NCBI GenBank assembly: GCA_012295275.1
Contig: CM022673.1
Location: 7,068,001-7,132,000 of the forward strand
Length of the DNA stretch: 64,000 bases
Direction: 5' to 3'
Source: Chrysomallon squamiferum
Taxonomy: Eukaryota; Animalia; Mollusca
Made by a program: the position numbers and the translations under genes. The notes beneath the pieces are model-generated. The model was not told the origin of the DNA and did no database searches. It was given only the letters and a program-made list of their open reading frames with translations. Shown in pieces: positions 56,001 through 64,000 of the stretch; the first letter of the stretch is position 1, and each line of letters starts with the position of its first letter.

Positions 56001-57636
56001 GACAATGTCTGAACTACATGTACAAATAGTATCCAATCTATTATACACATTTCGCGTATATGTTGATATCTTTTCAGTTTCTGATTCTCCATCTGTGCAT
56101 CCACCCATCTTTCACACAGTATCAAATCATTAATTTATTTTTTTTTTCTAGCCGTTCGTGTGTCCGACCTTCTTTAACCAAAATAATGACCCAAAATATT
56201 ATCATCTTAAATAATGCGTCACAACACAACCCGTCATGTCGTCACTGCGACCGAATTTCTCGCCTTTCCGTTATCCGAATTAGAAGTTTGATTTGCGTGG
56301 AACTTCTTGTAAAACAGGATAGCACGAATACCGCCCCGAGAGATGACAAGCTATATAGAGCCGTGAAACCTTTTACACGCGTTCTGAATACTATCTGGAA
56401 AAACCTAATCTGATATCAATAAACATTTCTTGGAAAGTCGACCAAAGCTTTTATTGCCCAATCACAATCAATGAAATATAAAACGCTAACAAAAGCTCCA
56501 CTTGCTGATTTTTTTTTTCTCCTGTGATTCGCTAGTAGGTTGCAAATTGCAGATCTGTTTTGTAGATATTGTTAACACATCTGACGTGAAAATAATTGTA
56601 AGTATTCAAAACAGCAGCATTTATTTCGTCCTTAAGCTTGTATGTCTCTACTCGACCACGTTATGTGTTGATTTTTGTTTGGATGCGGAATAATAACTGT
56701 CTTTGACTTAAAAATATGATCAAATCTCTATTTTCTTTAAAGTAATTTTAAACTAAACATTTTTCAAAATGCAACACCAGAGGATATTACATGAACTAAA
56801 GACTTGGGTAGTTTCTATTGTCGTCGTTGTTAGAGAGTTTCTGTGTGAAAGGCCTGCATCTAAGTTATTTTTCCTGATTCAGGATTTGTGTATGTTTATG
56901 TGGAAGCGTGTGTGTATGTGTGCGCGCGCGTGTGTGTGTGTATGTGTGTGCATCTGTGTCTGTATATATGTGAGTGTGTGCATGCGTGTTCAAGTCAATG
57001 TGAAACAGAGAAAAAGAAAGAATTACAGAACATTTATATGGGTGCATATTCTTGTCATTATTTTTAATAAGATTTTTTGTTTAGTAATTAATTATTATTG
57101 TTATCTATTATTACACCTTTTTCTTTTTAACTTTATTTTGTTTTATCATTCTTTCCACTGTTAAATCCATTATGTAATTCTACATGATTTAGCTTTCATT
57201 GATTTATAAAAGGCTTTTGCCCGTTCATGTCATCGCTCAGGAAAAACAATATAGATTATTTTAATTTATTTTTCATTACAGTATTCTGCTTACTCTTCTG
57301 GTTTGTATTATTTTGTTTCATTTAAAAGCTATGTCGGAAAATCAATGTAAATGATTATAATTGGTTAATAACCACAAGTTATTTTGTTTGAAAGTATCAA
57401 ACCTTATTTCAATCACCGATATCCGTCCATGGATGTACTGATTCAGAAGAATGTAAACATTTGCGAATTCGTAAATATGAATGTGGACAGACGGAAAGAC
57501 AAACATAGACAGACACATACAGGTTGCTAGATACGCATGCATGTGTATAGTTAGAAACGTATTTATTTAGGTACGTTGATAAGTGGATAGGCAGTAGATG
57601 GATAAAAACATATGACAGAGGAGAGTGGAAAGATGA

Positions 57637-57729
57637 ACATATATATATACATATACATACACATACACATACATATATATATATATATATACATACATAC
57701 ATACATACATACATACATACATACATACA

Positions 57730-57762
<33 letters not shown>
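57637..57762. repeat. (TA)n/(TACA)n microsatellite
   Basis: Directly visible. Confidence 0.96.
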
Positions 57763-57763
<1 letters not shown>

Positions 57764-57889
57764 CAGAGGCACGCACGCATGTATGGCGATAATTGTTATT
57801 GAAAGGTAACCGAATAACAGTTCGGAGTGGAGTATAACAGCTTAAAAATACTACTGCTTGTAGTCTATGTTAATCCACACACAAATCTG

Positions 57890-57985
57890 GCTTAGTTTTA
57901 ATGGAGAGAAGCAGATATAGCTGTGTACACTAAACTGAATGTTGAACTAGAGAGTGACCTTCAGGCTCGAACCGAAATCATAATT
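57890..57985 (-). mobile_element. Possible highly decayed tRNA-derived SINE remnant
   Basis: The minus strand carries a perfect Pol III B-box GGTTCGAGCC (plus-strand GGCTCGAACC, 57964-57973). No clear A-box, tail or TSD. Confidence 0.25.
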
Positions 57986-58429
57986 GAAGCCAGTGAAGAC
58001 GAAAACATGCATACTATTTAATTTACTTTTTAACGGTTATTATTTCTCTTTAGATTCTTTATCATCACTATCGCCATCATCACCATTCCCATCATCGTCA
58101 TCATCACCATTCCCATCATCGTCATCATCACCATTCCATCATCGCCAACTGCTTCTTCCTCTTCTTTCTGATGTTGTTCTTTTGTCGTTATTATTTTTAT
58201 TATTATCATCATCATCATCATTATCATCGTCATTATCATTATTTTTACTGATGGTGATGATGGTTATGGTGACGATGGTGGTGAAACTGGTATCGTTGTT
58301 GTTATCGCTATTAGTTAACACCTTGTTGTTTCTTGTATTGCCTTTTCACTTTCAAAAATTGAGTTTATTCACATGAAACCGAACCTCACGCATTAATCAA
58401 CACAAATATTTCAATAACAAATTTCCACG

Positions 58430-58760
58430 TTCGATTAGCTTCGGCAACGGTCGACGACAGTTCTACTTCCTTCTACATAAACAACCCAATAATACACCGT
58501 CTCGCAGTAAACCGTAATCTTTTGATCTGCTCAGGAACGACCAATATTGATGTTTGATTCCAAACACAATTTCTAAATTGACGAAGAGATCTTGAACAAT
58601 CCTTTGATTGACTAAGAGGTCATCAAACAAGCGGACCGGTGCGTCACGTGTGTAAGGAGCGATTGACAAAAAGAAGAAGGAGAAGATGATCGCCGTACAA
58701 GCCAATCAACGAGGGGGTTCATGCACACACTCGCTGTTATTTGCTGTCGGGTCATAAGCA
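58430..58760. promoter_or_regulatory. CpG-rich promoter-like island with CCAAT, E-box and TGATTGAC motifs
   Basis: CCAAT 58541, TGATTGAC 58605, GTCACGTG 58643, GATTGACA 58661, AGCCAATCA 58700. Confidence 0.4.
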
Positions 58761-59825
58761 CAAACACAGATTTCGGTTAGCATGATTTAATTTGGAATGA
58801 TCAAATATCAAGGGTACGTAAAATAATTTCATTTCTAGTGTGATATAAACAATACAATATCGTCTAGCATCATCTTGCTGAACATCAAATAATTTTTATT
58901 TCTGTGGCATACGAAACAAAATGATGAACGTTATTAGTCGAGTTAGTGCATGAAAATATTTTAGAATCATAATTTAATTTACACGTTAAGTCATCGATTA
59001 GGTTTACATTATAAAACAACGTTAATACAAAAGTTACGATTATTTTTCAGGTTTTAGATAATTAAATGAACATTTTCTAACGCTAAACCAAAAGTTTCCA
59101 CAAATATAAAAGAGTGTAAAATTAAATGAAAATTTAAGAAAACCTTTAATACCGGCCATAAAATCTAAATGTTCTTTCAGCGAATAAAACTCTAAAGTAC
59201 GATAAAAATGCTAAGAACAGCGGCGCAGAAAAATTAATTTCCTTTTAAAGGAATCCTTTTAACTTAAGCCTTCGCCATTTCAGTCCATGCAGTCATATAA
59301 CTTTCCAAGACTTCTACCATTTCAGAGATATCTTCGGTGTATAAAGCTGGCGGACAGCTGACAACCAATAGGCGGTCATCTGTTAATATGATACCCGCGA
59401 CGAAACATCTTTATCCCGTTCATTATAACTTATTTATTTTTATATGGCTTTATTCCTGATTTTTGGGAGATAAAGAAAATGATCAATATTTATTAATCCT
59501 TGTCCTCGTATTTCGTGCCGATAACTTATTCATTAAGTTGAGGTCTTCCACATTTTATGATTAGGTGTGGGATAGGCTGCAGGATTTTTAGACGAAATTT
59601 AAAAAAAAAAAAAATAATTAGTTTATTACTTAGATGATGATACACACGTGTTTAAATATGATGTGTCTAATGGTTTTTCAACGGTCTTACGATTGTTAAT
59701 ATTCACAGTGTATTTATGTTGTTTTAGAGAGAGACAGAGAAAACGGAAGGGATTTAGACGGATAGAAATAGACATATATATATATATACCAGTGAGCATT
59801 AGCATTATAGCATAAGAAAACCACA

Positions 59826-59862
<37 letters not shown>

Positions 59863-62095
59863 ATAGTAAAAGTGAAATGCCCATAAACCCCCCAGAAAAA
59901 GAATAACAAATAAAATTAACACCAACCCAAAGCAAAAACAAAATAAATCTAACTTCAACAACAACAAATAATAATGCAGTTATTTATACTGTTTATTTGT
60001 ATCACCAAACGTACACTTTAACACATCCCTTGTAACATGTTTCAAACAGTTGAATGTTTGACTGACTGTAGTTAATAAACTCAAGATTTTTTTATTGTGT
60101 AAATATCTAAATAAAATCATTTACTTTTCTAAGATGATAAAAAGTTTTTTGTTCTCTGCATTGTGCTTTTCGATATAGTTTAAATGTTGTATGGAACCCG
60201 ATGAGTTCTTAGTAAATATTAGAAATTTTCAAGTTTGATTGGCTTTAATTGTGAGCATGGAACTTTCTTAGTGAATTGCTGGGTAGAATTGATTTTAGAA
60301 TCGATTTAGCTTCAATTAAGAAAAGTACGCCTATATAATTAGAAAATCAACAAAAGAATTTCATGGGTAAAGGTGTAGAATGAATAACTGTTAATATATG
60401 TCAGTCTCAAGATAATTCTATGACGTTACTCGAGTGAGTGCTCTTTTTTAGCAGTAATGTATATCTCATATGCACCTTCCCATAGGTGTTAAATGTACAC
60501 CGTGGCCTTTGTTCAGACCAGTCATGCGATACCGAGTATGTAAAAGCTATATCGCTGCAGCGGTGATGAAGCTGAATGAATATATGTTGATAGCAACATT
60601 ATTTGAGGATTTTTGTATTAACTATATCCTTGGCTAAAAACACAAACAAACAAACAAACAAACAAATAATTAAATAAATAAATCAATCAATAAACAGATA
60701 AATAAATAATAAAATGATTACTATTTATTTGGTTCATCAGTTATTCAGTTATTAAATTAAACAACAGAATGAAATATTTTTATTTACTTTTGTTGTTTAA
60801 ATTTTTATCATCATCGCCGTCGTCATCATGATCATCATTTTCTTATTCATCAGTGCATCATTATCACTACCATTATAATTGTTATCTTCATCCTCCATCA
60901 AAATTATCATCTACTTCGTCGTCATCATCATCTTCATCATCACCACCTTCATCTTGAACAATATTATCATTATCTTCTTGTTCATCTTTTATCATTATGT
61001 CATTCATCACTATTAACATCATCATCAACCATTAGTTACCAACATCACTGTAATCTGTTGTCATCATAATTATTATTACTGTTGTTATTCAGACAATCTA
61101 TATACAAAAGGGAAACAAAAAAAAAAAAAAAACAATTTCAAGGTTGCTGTACATCGTGTTAAAACGGTGGCTATATAAATCAATATTTCATTAACGTCTT
61201 TACAGATGTCAGTGAGAGAAGATTATCTTTTATATGGCGACTGTCGTAAATAAACTTGTACTGAACACGCCCCACAATCGTAAGCGAGTCAATGTTTAAT
61301 TTGTGGAGATAAACTTTGTCTTCTACATTGCCAGATAAGGCTTCAGAGACTTAAATCATACGACAGAAAAAATGTTTCAGTGTCAACAAGGCTTCAGTTC
61401 CCCATACCATGCTTCTGTCAAAGAAAAAGAGCATAAGAGAAAATTATCGTTTTCATATTGTTCTGTTAATAATGATAACAACAACAACAACAACAACAGT
61501 AGTAACTAACTGAATAAATTAACTACAAAAATAAATAGTTAAAAGAAGGAAGAAACGTCAGTATCCAAATCATTGTTATCAGCATCATCGTCACTCTTCC
61601 AGCCTTGACACCATCATTCACTGTTATATTATAAATCTGTACTCAAACTGGATCGTTTAGAAATGAACAGTTCCCTACTGACTGCTATTTATCTTTGGAG
61701 CCCTGTTCACTGGGTTATCTCACGTGTACAAGAAAATACGTTCTGAATAAAGTACAAGAGACCTCACAGAAGTGGAATTAAGTCAGTAAATATACTTCCA
61801 AAGCATAATGAACTGATATGCAGTATTATGTTACTTTTTTTTAAACGTGTGGAATCATTTAAGTTCATGCTATATTATTGTACGTTACTGTATCATATTT
61901 TGGTTATTTCTTCCTTCTTTCACAAGGCTTTTATTTTTACTTCTATTACTACTATTTTTATTATTATTATTTTGTTATTAAGTATTATTATTAGCATCTT
62001 CATTATCATTATTATTACTACTTCTACTATTATTATTATTATTTTATTAGTATTATCATTAGGATCATAGTCATTATTATTATTATTACTATTAC

Positions 62096-62155
<60 letters not shown>

Positions 62156-62745
62156 TGTGATTATCATCAATGTGCATTCTGTTTATTTAAAAGCCAGTAT
62201 TATGTGTCGACAAATGAATTCGTACTGAGAATGAACTAATGTACTAAGTTAGCACCCATGAATGAATGATTCATTGACAATAAAAACGTTTCAGCAGTGA
62301 TGTACATAATCCCTGAATCTTCATTTACTTTGCTGTTTTTATTAATTACGATCGACAGAAACGTAATTATGTCAGCAGGTGCATGCACCAACTGTTTGAA
62401 GGTCTTTTCAATAATTTTTTGAATTTTTTTATTTCGCTAAAATTGTTTACAGAGGAAAGATATTGCGGTACAAAGGGTTTTTCGGTACATTTCTGCATAA
62501 TCCACCTTTTTATTCTCACATCAGTTTATCGAAATATGTCAGTCATCGTTACAGTAAAGAGGTGTATGCTTCTTGACAAACGTATTAAAATCCACCATAT
62601 GTACCTGTAATACTGTAACTATGTATTACTGTTACAGCTACAGATCTGAACTTAAACGAATATCTGAATTTACAAATATTCTTGTTAACACACAAAAAAA
62701 CACACATACAAAAACTCACATACAGTGTAACTCACAAATATATAT

Positions 62746-62787
<42 letters not shown>

Positions 62788-62797
62788 ATACATATTC

Positions 62798-62922
62798 AAA
62801 TATAGGGTGTTTATGCATACCAACATTCATAAAAACATACATACGTACACACATACATATAAATATAGGGTGTTTATGCATACCAACATTCATAAAAACA
62901 TACATACGTACACACATACATA
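62798..62922. repeat. Near-perfect 63-bp tandem duplication inside a (CA)/(TACA) tract
   Basis: AAATATAGGGTGTTTATGCATACCAACATTCATAAAAACATACATACGTACACACATACATA at 62798 and 62861. Confidence 0.93.
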
Positions 62923-63509
62923 CAAAAACACACATACACACATATACATACATACATACATGCATACATAGACACATAGATATACATACATGCATGCATA
63001 CATACATACACACATATGCACACATACATACACATGTATGTACATAGATATATATATATATATACACACATAAACATGAACTTTAAAAAAAAAAAAAAAT
63101 TCTAATTAGGATTTAACCTTATTCTGTATGCTGACAAACGAGAGTAGGCTTTAATTATAATTACAAAAACGTCAAGCAGCTGAATCAATATGGTTGCACT
63201 GAATTACGGGCCAAAAAACATTTGTTGCTTTGTCGAGTATTGTCTGACATAATCATAAAAGAAACCACACGTAATTAGCGTTATAGCATTAGAAAACGTT
63301 CGTATAAAAAACAGCACTGCAGAGTAGGCGGCATCTAAGAGGATAATAATTATATGCTCATAATCGATTGAAATATTTGTGTATACATACAATGTACATA
63401 CATACAGTGCCATACGCACACAACATAACAACAAACCACTTCTAAATTGTGCCGTTTTGTAGAGTGGTAATGTTATGTAATGACACAATCAAGATGTTGA
63501 TTTAAACAG

Positions 63510-63618
<109 letters not shown>

Positions 63619-64000
63619 ATACTTGGAGGATACATAATGATAAATGCGGTAATCATTCAGTAAAGAGATTGTCTTCATAGAGTGTTTGAATCGAAAGAAT
63701 CGAAAGAAATATATCGACGACAACAACAACAACAACAGCCTCAACAACAACAACAACAACATCAATAATAATAATAATAAAATAGTAACAACAACAGTTA
63801 TTCAAAATTAATTCTAACTGTATGCGATTCTCAGTATACAGTCATTCTCCTTATTATTGTTTTTTTATTTTTATATCATATTTTTTTTTTCTATTCACTA
63901 GAACCAAATCGGCTTTTGTGTCCTAAGCTAGCTAGTCAGTCTAAATCTTACAGAACAAAGCGACGAGTTGGGCAAACAAGAGCAATCTTGCGCCATATCA

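Overview
Eukaryotic, strongly AT-rich, microsatellite-saturated DNA with no recognisable intact protein-coding gene, tRNA, rRNA or CRISPR array. The style of the repeats ((GA)n, (TACA)n, (AAT)n, long poly-A/T) resembles a mollusc or cephalopod genome, but this is inference only. Nearly all listed ORFs are translations of microsatellites or chance open frames. Supported elements are a decayed 3' fragment of an RTE-clade LINE (minus strand, ~10243-10790), a 310-bp hAT-type MITE with an exact 8-bp target-site duplication (12502-12811), several minisatellites and local tandem duplications, and many simple repeats. The main unexplained structure is a series of ~200-600 bp complex, CpG-retaining islands spaced every ~1-3 kb and rich in TF-like motifs, as expected for an enhancer-dense intron or gene desert. 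Two islands (2529-2745 and 3536-3745) are diverged paralogues with conserved motif blocks and conserved spacing, and this pair is the best candidate for something undescribed. A few promoter-like islands and small plus-strand exon candidates suggest, without proving, the long 5' region of a plus-strand gene. I cannot demonstrate a new biological system from sequence alone.
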